Assembly: GCA_043799715.1 (NCBI GenBank)
Contig: JAZDNM010000003.1
Span: 28,903-92,902 of the forward strand
Length of the DNA: 64,000 nucleotides
Direction: 5' to 3'
DNA from: an archaeon
Lineage (GTDB): Archaea > Nanobdellota > Nanobdellia > Pacearchaeales > DTIR01
The number at the start of each line of letters is the position of its first letter. Position 1 is the stretch's first letter. The notes below the pieces were generated by a model, which was not told the DNA's origin, searched no databases, and saw only the letters and a list, made by a program, of their open reading frames with translations. Position numbers and translations under genes: made by a program. This document shows positions 26,184 through 34,991 of the stretch, in pieces.

Positions 26184-26576
26184 TCACTCTATCCACGCAA
26201 AGAACCTGAGCTTCCTCGGCTCATAATGTATCATTGTTGAAGAAACAAGAATGTCATCAACATAAACTTCCTTTTCAGGAAGTTCAATGCTGCATTGCCC
26301 AGCAAGCCCGCATATCTTCACAGTGAAATTTATTCCTGGCGGCATCCTTTCTGTTATGAATGATTTCACAACTGCATCATTGCCTGATAGGGCTGCGCTG
26401 CGCACTGTCTCATTTCTTGCAGCTTCATCAAGTATGCTGTGCTGTATTTTATACATTGATTCTCCAAGGTCATTCTTTTCTGCCTGCTTTCCTATCAGCA
26501 TCAGGATAATTGATGCGAGCATTATTATTGCAATCGCGGCTTCTGCAATCCTTATCCATGCTTTCTTGCTTTTCAT
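26184..26576 (-). CDS. Putative type IV pilin-like protein
   Basis: The N-terminus MKSKKAWIRIAEAAIAIIMLASIILML is class III signal-peptide-like. It is the last gene of the pilus locus. Confidence 0.45.
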   Translation of the reverse strand: MKSKKAWIRIAEAAIAIIMLASIILMLIGKQAEKNDLGESMYKIQHSILDEAARNETVRSAALSGNDAVVKSFITERMPPGINFTVKICGLAGQCSIELPEKEVYVDDILVSSTMIHYEPRKLRFFAWIE

Positions 26577-26590
26577 TTTTTCAGTTTCTT

Positions 26591-26693
26591 CCCGAACTTT
26601 TTAATTTCTCTTTCCGAAGTTTCTCTTTCCGCGAAAAGCTTTTGCTTTTCGGGGCACAGGAAATCTTTGATTTCCTCTGTGAAAGAGAAAGCT
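26591..26693 (-). repeat. R2 element, intergenic copy (tRNA-intron-like structured spacer between two pilin-like genes)
   Basis: The minus-sense sequence is AGCTTTCTCTTTC...AAAGAGAAACTTCGGAAAGAGAAATTAAAAAGTTCGGG. It shares the blocks AGCTTTCTCTTT and GGAAAGAGAAATTAAAAAG(C/T)T with the tRNA-Trp and tRNA-Glu introns, and it contains two extra internal hairpins. Confidence 0.6.
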
Positions 26694-27425
26694 CTACCAA
26701 ACCTGCATGTTTATCGTTGCCTGGAACACTTCCCCGTTCTCGCGCATTATTTCAGCAGGCAGTTCCCTTGCATTGACTTCAACTTTTTCGGGTTTGCTTG
26801 TGCTCATGCTGATTATCTTCTGCTTTGTTGCTGAATCTATTATTTCTGCTGAAAAATCATAGCTTAAAGGGAAATTGAATGATCCCCTTAATTTAGTATA
26901 ATCACTGCTGTATGCCCTTGCCACTCCCTCCAGTTTTGGAAGATAAAGCACTTCATAAACCCTTGATGCGGCATACTTGTAGTTGCTTATATTCAGGACA
27001 TTGCAGGATATCATCTGCAGCTCAGGGATTGTAAAAATCACGCTGCCGTAGTACAGGTAATAATAACTCTGTCCTGAAGCGCCTTTCTCTATTTTTAGAC
27101 TGCCGCTGTCAAGTGCTGTCTTCGATACTCTCCCATTGCTGTCTTTTGCAAGTATATTTGCCCTGTTGCTTGTGTCAAATGGATTTGGGATTGTGAAGCA
27201 GTTCTCAAAGCCTGCTTTTATGTTCAACGGCATTTCAATAAGCTGAATTGTTGCGTTGCTCTGCAGGCTGTTTTGGACAGCATCAAGAAGAACATCCGAG
27301 ATATCCTGGTTCCTTACTGGATTAAGGAAAAACAGCAGGAAAAATACAAATGAAGCAAACAGCATAAAAGATACAACCATCTCTATGTGGCTCACTCCTT
27401 TTTTACTTGTCATTTTTATTGTCAT
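26694..27425 (-). CDS. Putative type IV pilin-like protein
   Basis: The N-terminus SKKG/VSHIEMVVSFMLFASFVFFLLFF has Gly at -1, Glu at +5 and a hydrophobic helix, as in class III (prepilin) signals. Confidence 0.5.
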   Translation of the reverse strand: MTIKMTSKKGVSHIEMVVSFMLFASFVFFLLFFLNPVRNQDISDVLLDAVQNSLQSNATIQLIEMPLNIKAGFENCFTIPNPFDTSNRANILAKDSNGRVSKTALDSGSLKIEKGASGQSYYYLYYGSVIFTIPELQMISCNVLNISNYKYAASRVYEVLYLPKLEGVARAYSSDYTKLRGSFNFPLSYDFSAEIIDSATKQKIISMSTSKPEKVEVNARELPAEIMRENGEVFQATINMQVW

Positions 27426-27474
27426 TTCTTCATCTGATTATTTAATCTTTTTGAATTTGGATTGGGTGATTGAA

Positions 27475-28314
27475 TTATCCCACTAATGCCCTGGCACCGG
27501 TTGTTATAAGATAAGCCAGCGCCATCATTATGAATGAGTGCCTTAATCCGGATTTCACGCTGCCTTCTGAAAGCTTGCCTATCACAAGCCCTGTGAAAAA
27601 ACCCTGCACAACAAGAAGCGCGAGGAACGGCTGTGACAATTCTTCTGCTGAAAGCGGGGATGTCTGCACGTTTGCCCCTGACAGGCTCATCTGCCCTGTG
27701 CCTGATAAGCCTGCGGTCATGGGTATTATTTTCATCTCTGTAACAAGCATTATTACAATGAATATCACAAATATTATGTATCCTCGAACAACAAGATTGT
27801 ACACAGCAGCTTTCTGCTCTTTCTTCGTGTCTTCTATCTCTGTGACGGATTTTCCCACAGATTCAAGAATTGTGTCTATCATCCCGCCTGCCTGCTCTGC
27901 CTCGCTTATCAGCGTTACTGCGCGGCTTACAACCTTGTTTCCTATATCCTTCGCAAAAATATCCAATGCCTGCTTTACAGGAATTCCCAGAGCAACCTGA
28001 TTTCCAAGTTTTTGTATATGGGGAGTCAGGGAGCCAAAATCCTTGTTTTGCAGGTTGATTATGCTCTTGCTGATTGGAGTGCCTGCCTTCACATTCTCAA
28101 CAAGGCTTCTTGTGAATTCAAGGAACATTTCCTCTTTTTCCCTTTCCCTGCCTACCTCTACTATAGTAGAGAGAACAAACGGGAGAACAGCTATGACAAC
28201 GGCAACTCCCAGCAGAAAATAAAAAAGTTTCTGCTGCCTCATGAATACAAAGTCAATAAGGATAATTGCTGCTGCGAATGCGATTATAACCCAAGTTTTC
28301 TTGTCAATTTTCAT
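27475..28314 (-). CDS. Type II secretion system F-domain membrane protein (TadC/FlaJ-half-like)
   Basis: It is polytopic with a soluble helical domain between TM segments. Its position next to the secretion ATPase supports the call. Confidence 0.6.
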   Translation of the reverse strand: MKIDKKTWVIIAFAAAIILIDFVFMRQQKLFYFLLGVAVVIAVLPFVLSTIVEVGREREKEEMFLEFTRSLVENVKAGTPISKSIINLQNKDFGSLTPHIQKLGNQVALGIPVKQALDIFAKDIGNKVVSRAVTLISEAEQAGGMIDTILESVGKSVTEIEDTKKEQKAAVYNLVVRGYIIFVIFIVIMLVTEMKIIPMTAGLSGTGQMSLSGANVQTSPLSAEELSQPFLALLVVQGFFTGLVIGKLSEGSVKSGLRHSFIMMALAYLITTGARALVG

Positions 28315-28320
28315 TTTTTA

Positions 28321-29628
28321 TCATACTTCCTGCCTCAACTGCAGGAACATCAGGAAAACAATGTTTATCAGGGCAACGCCTGCAACAACAAGATAGGAAA
28401 GCATCTGCATGCTCATGCCAAGCCCCATGCCTGTCACATTCATCACAACGAGCATAACCATGAATATCAATGGCGCTGCAACGAGTATTCCTATGTAGAT
28501 ATCCATTGAGGTTTCAGCCATGTTGCTGTATTTCTTTCTCTCAAGCTTGTAATCAAGAAGAGTGTCTTCTGCCCTCTTGTTTAGGTAGTCCTTCAGGCTG
28601 CCGCCCCCGGAAATAGTTGTTGCAATGCCGTTGAACAGTTCTCCTAACCTTTCATTTGAAGTTGTTTTTGAGACATTCCTCAGTGAGTTGACCAAATCGT
28701 ATCCGTAAAGATTGACATAATTTATTATCTTTTTTATCTCCTTGCTTATCGCAGGATATTCAGGGCTTACTGCAAGTATCTGGAATACTCTTGATGGTTC
28801 AACTCCCGAGCCTGCAATGCTTGCCATGTGTATCGTAACAAATGGCATTTCCCCTCTTATTTTGGTGCTTATTGAAGCAGCCTGCGTCGAGGGATAAATG
28901 TAAAAAAACCAGAATGTCGCAGCCCCTGCTGCAAGGGAAATACCTGTGTTCTTGAGCAGCCTGCTGGCAAGCCCTAATGTTCCGAGAAAATTGAATGTGG
29001 GATAAAGCCTGCCCATAGGCATGCTCACACTAAAAAACGCAAGGAAAAGGGATATTGCAAGTGCAGTAAGCAGCACAGCAAAAGTTGAGAAAATTGTTAT
29101 TGACAGATATGTGCTCAGAAGATGTGGCATATTTGCTTTCCTGAGCTGTTCCTGAAGCCCCTTAAACGCCCCTGAATCAGCCATTTTAAACGCCTGTTTG
29201 GAGAAAAATCTGGATGCAAGCACAGTGTACTCAGAAGGCTTTTTGAAATCGCTCTCCTCCATGACGCTCTTTTCCCTTTTCTTTTTTCTTATCTCCCTAA
29301 GCGCGTCTTCAGATATCCTGAGTTCGTCTATGAATTTTTTCCTGTATTCCCTGTTGAGCATTACAATTCCTGAAGGAATCTTCACTTCAACAGACATTTC
29401 AACAGGGGAAGTTTTCACAGCTTTTTTTTCAGGAAGTATGCTGCTGATTATCCCGGGAATTGAATTATTTATCATCTCCAGTTGTTTTATCATTGCGCTG
29501 GCAGCAGTGTTGAAAAAATCCTTTTCATCAGAAATTTTTGAAGATTCAGCTTCGTGGCTGAGCACAGCAAGCTCCTCAATAATCCTTTTGCTTTGCATCA
29601 AATTTGAATTTAATATTTCCAAGCTCAT
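28321..29628 (-). CDS. Type II secretion system F-domain membrane protein (TadB/FlaJ-half-like)
   Basis: It has a long N-terminal cytoplasmic region followed by TM bundles. It is adjacent to the ATPase and to the second F-domain gene. Confidence 0.6.
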   Translation of the reverse strand: MSLEILNSNLMQSKRIIEELAVLSHEAESSKISDEKDFFNTAASAMIKQLEMINNSIPGIISSILPEKKAVKTSPVEMSVEVKIPSGIVMLNREYRKKFIDELRISEDALREIRKKKREKSVMEESDFKKPSEYTVLASRFFSKQAFKMADSGAFKGLQEQLRKANMPHLLSTYLSITIFSTFAVLLTALAISLFLAFFSVSMPMGRLYPTFNFLGTLGLASRLLKNTGISLAAGAATFWFFYIYPSTQAASISTKIRGEMPFVTIHMASIAGSGVEPSRVFQILAVSPEYPAISKEIKKIINYVNLYGYDLVNSLRNVSKTTSNERLGELFNGIATTISGGGSLKDYLNKRAEDTLLDYKLERKKYSNMAETSMDIYIGILVAAPLIFMVMLVVMNVTGMGLGMSMQMLSYLVVAGVALINIVFLMFLQLRQEV

Positions 29629-29640
29629 TTTTCTTCTTTA

Positions 29641-29808
29641 TCAGTGCAGCAGATTCATGAATTTTTTCTGCAGCACCAGAATAAGTGATTTCAATCTTTC
29701 AGCTTCAATACTGTCCTTTTTGTCAAGAGATTTTTCCAGTTTTAATGCAGCTTCACTCATCTCCTGGTTAAGCTGCGACAGGGATTTTAGCTGGCTGTTG
29801 TCTGTCAT
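29641..29808 (-). CDS. Small coiled-coil ORF (55 aa) between the ATPase and the platform gene
   Basis: MTDNSQLKSLSQLNQEMSEAALKLEKSLDKKDSIEAERLKSLILVLQKKFMNLLH fills the gap exactly. It is below the ORF-track cutoff. Confidence 0.3.
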   Translation of the reverse strand: MTDNSQLKSLSQLNQEMSEAALKLEKSLDKKDSIEAERLKSLILVLQKKFMNLLH

Positions 29809-29810
29809 CT

Positions 29811-31385
29811 TTACATGGAAATGCCAAGTTTTTGCATTGCCTGCTGTGGATTTTTGTAATAGTTATTAATAACCTTTTGAACTTCGTCAAAATCAAATAT
29901 TTTCCGCTTGTAAAGCTCAAAAATGATTTTTGTCCTTATTTCAAATTCCCTCATAAGCTCCTCCTTGCTTAAGCCATTCCTGTTCATTATCTTCTCGAAT
30001 ACCTTGCTGTCTTTTTTGAAGAAAAATTGGTCATTTACAGGATTCCACCTGAAAGGCGTATTTGTCATTGCAACCCCGTCAGGAGTCACATTCACAACTT
30101 CAACTATCTCCCTTAATCTTCTTGTTTCCTGCTTGTTGACAACAGCATGCGTCATAACAGCAACTGCGTCAAGAGTGTTTACAAGAGTTGGCGAAAGCTC
30201 TATTGGCGGAGTTTCAAGCCTTTTGATTACTGTATCAACAGAATCTGCGTGCATTGTGCTCAGGGAGGAATGCCCTGACGCCATGCCCTGAAAAAGGACA
30301 TATGCTTCTTTTCCCCTGACTTCTCCAACAATCACATAATCCGGATTCTGCCTGAATGAGTTTTTTAAAAGAGAGAACAAATCCACTTCTCCCACTCCTC
30401 CTATAGTCACGCCTGTTCTTGCCACGCTTGGCAGCCAGTTTTCCCTTGGGAGGTTGAGTTCCCTGGTATCTTCTATGCTTACAACTCTTGCTTCAGGAGG
30501 AATAAAAAACGCAAGCGCATTCAGCAGTGTTGTTTTTCCAGAGCCTGTGCCTCCTGTAATAAGGATATTGCATTTGTACTGCATTAAAATCCAAAAATAA
30601 GCAAGCATCTCGGGGCTCAGGGAATTCATTGTTATGAGCTGCACTGGAGTCCAGGGAACCTTTGTGAATTTTCTTATGGTCATTGTAGGCCCCTTGCTTG
30701 TCACATCCATTGTGTAAGTTGCATTTACTCTGCTTCCGTCAGGCAGGCTCCCGTCAAGCAATGGAGAAGCATAGGAGATGTATCTGCCGCATCTCTGGGC
30801 AAGTTTTTCAATAAAGCTGGCGAGAACATTCATGTCATTGTATGCTATATTTGTCCTCAAGTTTCTGTACAGCCTGTGAACAACATAAACAGGGGTGTTA
30901 ATGCCATTGCATTCAATATCCTCTATAAAATAGTCTCTTAGCAATGGCTCTATATCATTCAGCCCGACGAAATTCCTGTAAAGATAATAAAATAATTTTT
31001 TGTATGAATCCTCGCTGATTTTCAATCCCATCTCTGTTATAAGCAGCCTGGCTGTTTTGTCAAGATATTCTATTGTGGCCTCAGGATTTTTTTCAATAAG
31101 GACATTGAGGTTCATAAGCTCGCGCATGCCGCTTTCAACTTTTATGAGATTTGCTTTTTCATCATCGCTTAAAATCGGCTCTTCAATGTCATACACAACC
31201 TCTGAGATTTCAGGATTCCAGTATATATGCGCTGAAACATAAGGCGAAAGAAGCATGTACCTAACATCAATCATGCTTTTGTCAGAAAATTTTGGCAGGA
31301 CAGGTATTTTTGGGGATAAATCAATCTTTATCGGTTCTGCGAGAACAGAGTTTGAGTTCACACTTGCCCCCTTTTTTCCGAACAT
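29811..31385 (-). CDS. Type IV pilus/archaellum-type secretion ATPase (FlaI/TadA/VirB11 superfamily)
   Basis: It has Walker A ITGGTGSGKTTLLNAL, an Asp box VVSIEDTRELNL, Walker B/His box GEVRGKEA and GHSSLSTMHA. Confidence 0.9.
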   Translation of the reverse strand: MFGKKGASVNSNSVLAEPIKIDLSPKIPVLPKFSDKSMIDVRYMLLSPYVSAHIYWNPEISEVVYDIEEPILSDDEKANLIKVESGMRELMNLNVLIEKNPEATIEYLDKTARLLITEMGLKISEDSYKKLFYYLYRNFVGLNDIEPLLRDYFIEDIECNGINTPVYVVHRLYRNLRTNIAYNDMNVLASFIEKLAQRCGRYISYASPLLDGSLPDGSRVNATYTMDVTSKGPTMTIRKFTKVPWTPVQLITMNSLSPEMLAYFWILMQYKCNILITGGTGSGKTTLLNALAFFIPPEARVVSIEDTRELNLPRENWLPSVARTGVTIGGVGEVDLFSLLKNSFRQNPDYVIVGEVRGKEAYVLFQGMASGHSSLSTMHADSVDTVIKRLETPPIELSPTLVNTLDAVAVMTHAVVNKQETRRLREIVEVVNVTPDGVAMTNTPFRWNPVNDQFFFKKDSKVFEKIMNRNGLSKEELMREFEIRTKIIFELYKRKIFDFDEVQKVINNYYKNPQQAMQKLGISM

Positions 31386-31428
31386 GCTATCCAGAAGTCA
31401 AATTTCTTTAAAAATCTACCGATGTTTT

Positions 31429-31974
31429 CTATGCTTTCTTGTCCCTGATTATAAGGATGCTGCTGCCTATTAAATCAGAAACAACAGCGCTGACTGACAT
31501 GTCGTCTAATCTTGCCTTGAAAACGCCTTCCTGCAATGGAATTCTTGTTTTTCCAGAGATTTTTTGCATGACTTGTTTTAAATCATTCTCACTTATCTTA
31601 ATCCCACTGTCCTCAAACAAGCTGCCTTTTTTTACAAGAATGCTTCCCCCTGAGATTTCAATTGCGTTTACACTTGCATCTTCAAGCAGCCTGTCAATAT
31701 CTTCATTAAGAGCTATGCTCTGCTTTTTTTTGGCAGGAACTTCGGCAATCTCTTCTCTTGCTTCCTCTTTTCCAGCCATCCCGGGAAACTGCCTTATTAT
31801 CAGCCTTACTTTCTCAAGCGCTTCCTCTCTTACTCTATCCTCTTCTTTAGGGATAATCGGAATAATTTCCTGTTCCAATTCTGCTTTTACCGGCATTGCT
31901 TCTATAGCATTATTTACAAATTCCTGAAGAAATTCCTCCTTTTCAGAAGAGGTTAGATATACAGTCTCAAACAT
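31429..31974 (-). CDS. Stand-alone protein resembling the N-terminal domain of secretion ATPases
   Basis: The C-terminal half VNAIEISGGSILVKKGSLFEDSGIKISENDLKQVMQKISGKTRIPLQEGVFKARLDDMSVSAVV parallels the N1/N2 region of GspE/CpaF/FlaI-type ATPases. It has no Walker motifs. Confidence 0.45.
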   Translation of the reverse strand: MFETVYLTSSEKEEFLQEFVNNAIEAMPVKAELEQEIIPIIPKEEDRVREEALEKVRLIIRQFPGMAGKEEAREEIAEVPAKKKQSIALNEDIDRLLEDASVNAIEISGGSILVKKGSLFEDSGIKISENDLKQVMQKISGKTRIPLQEGVFKARLDDMSVSAVVSDLIGSSILIIRDKKA

Positions 31975-31978
31975 TCTT

Positions 31979-32013
31979 AATCAGAACCAATTGATATTGG
32001 TTCCGATACCTCC
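31979..32013 (-). repeat. R1 hairpin element, copy B (identical 35-mer)
   Basis: It is the same 35 nt as 22981-23015. It lies between the 114-aa gene stop and the 181-aa gene start, 4 nt upstream of the ATG. Confidence 0.7.
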
Positions 32014-32030
32014 ATAAATATAAACAATTT

Positions 32031-32375
32031 TTAAAATCTGAATTCAGGCAGGGGCTTAGGCTTTGTTTTTTCAGAAGTCATCTCTTCCTCAACCATGCTC
32101 AGCCCCCTTGCAATTGTCTTGTTTTGCTCTGTAAGCTCATTCAGCTTTTCTGTCAAGCCCCGGACTTCGGTTTTCTGCTGCTCTTTTCTCTCCTTGAAGT
32201 TTTTTGCTGATGACTCAAAAAGTTTCAGCAGATTTGAAATCTGTTCAGTCAGGGTTGAAAGCTTTCCTGAGACTTCTGTGAGAACTTTCTGCAGGGAGAT
32301 AAAATTTCCTATGAGCAGGTCTGCTGTAGAATCCTCTTTTTTCTCTTTGTTTTCCTCATCCCCTTTTGCAGCCAT
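32031..32375 (-). CDS. Hypothetical coiled-coil protein
   Basis: It is a 114-aa Lys/Glu-rich helical ORF at the head of the pilus locus. Confidence 0.4.
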   Translation of the reverse strand: MAAKGDEENKEKKEDSTADLLIGNFISLQKVLTEVSGKLSTLTEQISNLLKLFESSAKNFKERKEQQKTEVRGLTEKLNELTEQNKTIARGLSMVEEEMTSEKTKPKPLPEFRF

Positions 32376-32417
32376 GCTTTAGATAGTGGATTTCAATTTA
32401 AAAAGATTGTGTCAATA

Positions 32418-32570
32418 TGGGGACAGGGCGAATCGAACGCCCAACCGACGGTTTCTTCGCTATTGTAGTTTCTTTCTACTTCCAAGCTTTTTAATTTCTC
32501 TTTCCAAGGTTTCTCTTTTGAAAGAGAAAGCTTTCTGGAGCCGTCCGTTTTACCATTAAACTATGCCCCC
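32418..32570 (-). tRNA. tRNA-Trp (CCA) with an intron of about 81 nt at the canonical 37/38 position
   Basis: Manual fold: acceptor GGGGGCA/TGTCCCC, anticodon stem GACGG/CCGTC, loop CTCCAGA, T arm GGGCG-TTCGATT-CGCCC, discriminator A. The intron spans about 32453-32533. Confidence 0.85.
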
Positions 32571-32621
32571 GTTCTTCCTTATATAATCAGAATTCCTGAT
32601 TTAAAAGATTTGCTTAATTTG

Positions 32622-33296
32622 TCATAGCCTTTTCAGCTCCTCAATCTCCTGCCCGGATATCGCGCATCCCTTAAATTTCAATGCATACAGAAATGCATCA
32701 ACAAGGTGCTTTCCGTCAGGCAGCCCCATCAAGCTTTTTTTGTATGCAACATATGCAAGCTCAGAACTCCTTATTATCTTTATTCCTGAAAACAATTCAA
32801 AATTTTTCTCTTCTGCACGGATAGGGGTGTGCAGCTTGCTTTCAAGCAGCTTCTTCAGGTTCAAGGGCATCTCGCAGAGCATTCTCGCTGTTCTTTCATC
32901 AACCATAAATGCACAGTTGAATCCCTTCTCGGCAGCGATTCTTGCAAGTGCAAGACAGCTTGTCTCGCCGTGGCTGATAATATGTATCCACTCGCCTTTT
33001 GCATTGAATGTATGATTTGCCAGCTGCATCAGCTGCTCTTTTTCCCTGCCTATTTCTTTTGGGCTTATATTTATTGATTCAGGGGATTCAAATGTTCCAT
33101 CACTAACAAGCTGCTGTATCATCAGTGATTCAAGCTCATATTTTTTTATATGCCCTGGTGTCTCAATAATCTCTCTTTTCACATCCTCTGTCACTATAAA
33201 CCTGACTCCTGGTTTTTTCATCTTTCTAAACAGGTAAAGAAGGCTGTTCATTGCAAGTGAGATTATGCTGCTGGAGTCAAGTATTATGATATTCAT
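32622..33296 (-). CDS. PIN-domain-like nuclease family protein
   Basis: The N-terminus MNIIILDSSSIISL carries the PIN first acidic residue, and later acidic positions include HGETSCLALA and VDERTAR. It overlaps the upstream gene by 4 nt. Confidence 0.5.
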   Translation of the reverse strand: MNIIILDSSSIISLAMNSLLYLFRKMKKPGVRFIVTEDVKREIIETPGHIKKYELESLMIQQLVSDGTFESPESINISPKEIGREKEQLMQLANHTFNAKGEWIHIISHGETSCLALARIAAEKGFNCAFMVDERTARMLCEMPLNLKKLLESKLHTPIRAEEKNFELFSGIKIIRSSELAYVAYKKSLMGLPDGKHLVDAFLYALKFKGCAISGQEIEELKRL

Positions 33297-33853
33297 CCCA
33301 GAACCTCCTCTGCTGTTTTCAATCTCTCTTTTACGTTTTTTGTAATGCTTAAGTCCACATCGCTTATTCCTGTTGAGCCCGCATATTCAGCAAGCTCGAA
33401 CACGCTGATGCCAAGAAGTTCAGATGTTTTCTGCATGCTGATGCCGTGCTCGTAAACCCTTGATGCTTTGGTTATCTCTGCTTTTCTGAAAACATCCTGG
33501 ATATAATGCCTCAGGTTGCCTGATATCCTTCCAACCCTGCTTCTTATCTCCTTAATTGCACTCCTGAATTTCCTTGAATCTCCCTTCTTCAGGGCTATAA
33601 TCGCTATGCTGAGCCCGTTCATGCATGTCTGGAAAAATTTAGGCCAGTCAGGATATTCGTGATATTTTTTCCTTTCAACTATCTTGCTTAGGGAATAGAC
33701 TATTACCGCTATTGCGATGTTATCCTCATCCCCGTATATCGAAGCTGAATGCACAGTCCTGTCGCTCAGTTCTCTCATCAGCACAACGTCTTCATCTTTT
33801 ACCGCCTGCTTTGTCTTTAGAAGTATGTCAAGAAGATTCTCTTTTTCCTGCAT
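33293..33853 (-). CDS. Helical protein with a C-terminal HTH
   Basis: It has the HTH-like segment MQKTSELLGISVFELAEYAG. It is coupled to the PIN-like gene. Confidence 0.45.
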   Translation of the reverse strand: MQEKENLLDILLKTKQAVKDEDVVLMRELSDRTVHSASIYGDEDNIAIAVIVYSLSKIVERKKYHEYPDWPKFFQTCMNGLSIAIIALKKGDSRKFRSAIKEIRSRVGRISGNLRHYIQDVFRKAEITKASRVYEHGISMQKTSELLGISVFELAEYAGSTGISDVDLSITKNVKERLKTAEEVLG

Positions 33854-33935
33854 AAGCCCTCAAATGCAGAATATTATTTAAAACTTGCTAAAAGGGGTTG
33901 AAAAACCTTTTAAATTGCTTCTGCCTTGCTGATTC

Positions 33936-34316
33936 ATGATAATCGCCCTGGATACAAATTTCCTTGTTTACTGCGCGAGGCAGAAGCTTGATTTTATCAG
34001 GGAAATTGAAAGGATGTGCAGCTGCACAAATAAAATTGTTGTTCCGGGGCAAGTTCTTAAGGAGCTTGAAAAACTGTCAAAATCTAACTCTCTTGACAGC
34101 ATCTCCGCAGCACTTGCGCTAAAAATGACAAAGGATTATATCTCTAAAAGCAGAATGCATGCCGAGATTATTGATGCAGACACTGCTGATTCAGCGCTTC
34201 TTGAACTGGATTTTAAAGGCAACGCTATAGCAACGCTTGACGCGGAACTGAGAGCAAAATTCAAAAATGCAAAGGTTATTGTGATACGCCAGTTCAACCA
34301 TCTTGAATGGGCTTAA
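33936..34316 (+). CDS. Small PIN-domain protein (Fcf1/Utp24-like)
   Basis: It has MIIALDTNFLVY, VPGQVLKELEKL and ATLDAELR. Its size matches archaeal Fcf1-like PIN proteins. Confidence 0.55.
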   Translation: MIIALDTNFLVYCARQKLDFIREIERMCSCTNKIVVPGQVLKELEKLSKSNSLDSISAALALKMTKDYISKSRMHAEIIDADTADSALLELDFKGNAIATLDAELRAKFKNAKVIVIRQFNHLEWA

Positions 34317-34403
34317 TGCAGGAAAAATGGAAGAGAAAAAGGTTTAAAAATGCCTTTTTTATGATACTAATGGATTAACTTTTTATAAAAATATTACCAA
34401 AAA

Positions 34404-34991
34404 ATGTTTTACATACTTAATGTTGAGGACCATATCCGAGTAGAACCAGAGCTTTTTGGGCTTGAAACAAAGGAAGCAGTGCTGAAACAGCTTGAAAAGA
34501 CATACAGCGAATTTATCAGCAAGGATTTCGGCGCTGTAATAGGCATTCTTGATGTTCTTAATGTAGGAGAGGGGATAATCATACCAGGAGACGGTGCTGC
34601 GTACTACAAGACAAATTTCAAGCTGCTGTCTTTCAGGCCTGAATTGCAGGAGCTTATTTTTGGCATTGTTGAGGAAATAACCAATTTTGGAGCATTGGTT
34701 GATATCAGCGTTATGACCGGCATGATGCACATTTCGCAGGCAATGGATGATTTTGTAAATTTCAGCAAGACAAACACGCTTATCGGAAAAAACTCAAAGA
34801 GAAGCCTAAAGAAAGGGGACTTGTGCCTTGCAAGGATTGTTGCAGTAAGCTACAAAACTGCAGAACAGAAGATAGGACTCACAATGAGACAGCCGGGCTT
34901 GGGCAAGCTGGAGTGGCTGGACGAGGAAAAGCGGAGAGCAAAAGTAAAATCACCCCCGCCTGAAGAAAAAGAAAGGAAAAAGAAAAAATGA
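34404..34991 (+). CDS. rpo7: DNA-directed RNA polymerase subunit Rpo7 (E')
   Basis: It has the N-terminus MFYILNVEDHIRVEPELFG and an S1-like C-terminal domain. The conserved Rpo7-Spt4-S24e-S27ae gene order supports the call. Confidence 0.85.
   Translation: MFYILNVEDHIRVEPELFGLETKEAVLKQLEKTYSEFISKDFGAVIGILDVLNVGEGIIIPGDGAAYYKTNFKLLSFRPELQELIFGIVEEITNFGALVDISVMTGMMHISQAMDDFVNFSKTNTLIGKNSKRSLKKGDLCLARIVAVSYKTAEQKIGLTMRQPGLGKLEWLDEEKRRAKVKSPPPEEKERKKKK

Noticed and set aside
27530-31927. Long plus-strand ORFs antisense to the pilus genes (27530-28000, 28012-28509, 29198-29869, 29923-30291, 31439-31927)
   Set aside because: The minus-strand genes carry Walker and T2SF features. The plus-strand products are Ser/Leu/Phe-rich low-complexity mirror translations.
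32453-32533. A C/D-box sRNA inside the tRNA-Trp intron, as known from several Euryarchaeota
   Set aside because: No RUGAUGA C box or suitably placed CUGA D box is present in the intron. The tRNA-Leu intron has CTGATGTG but no matching box set. A TGATGA at ~42364 after tRNA-Leu has no downstream CTGA.
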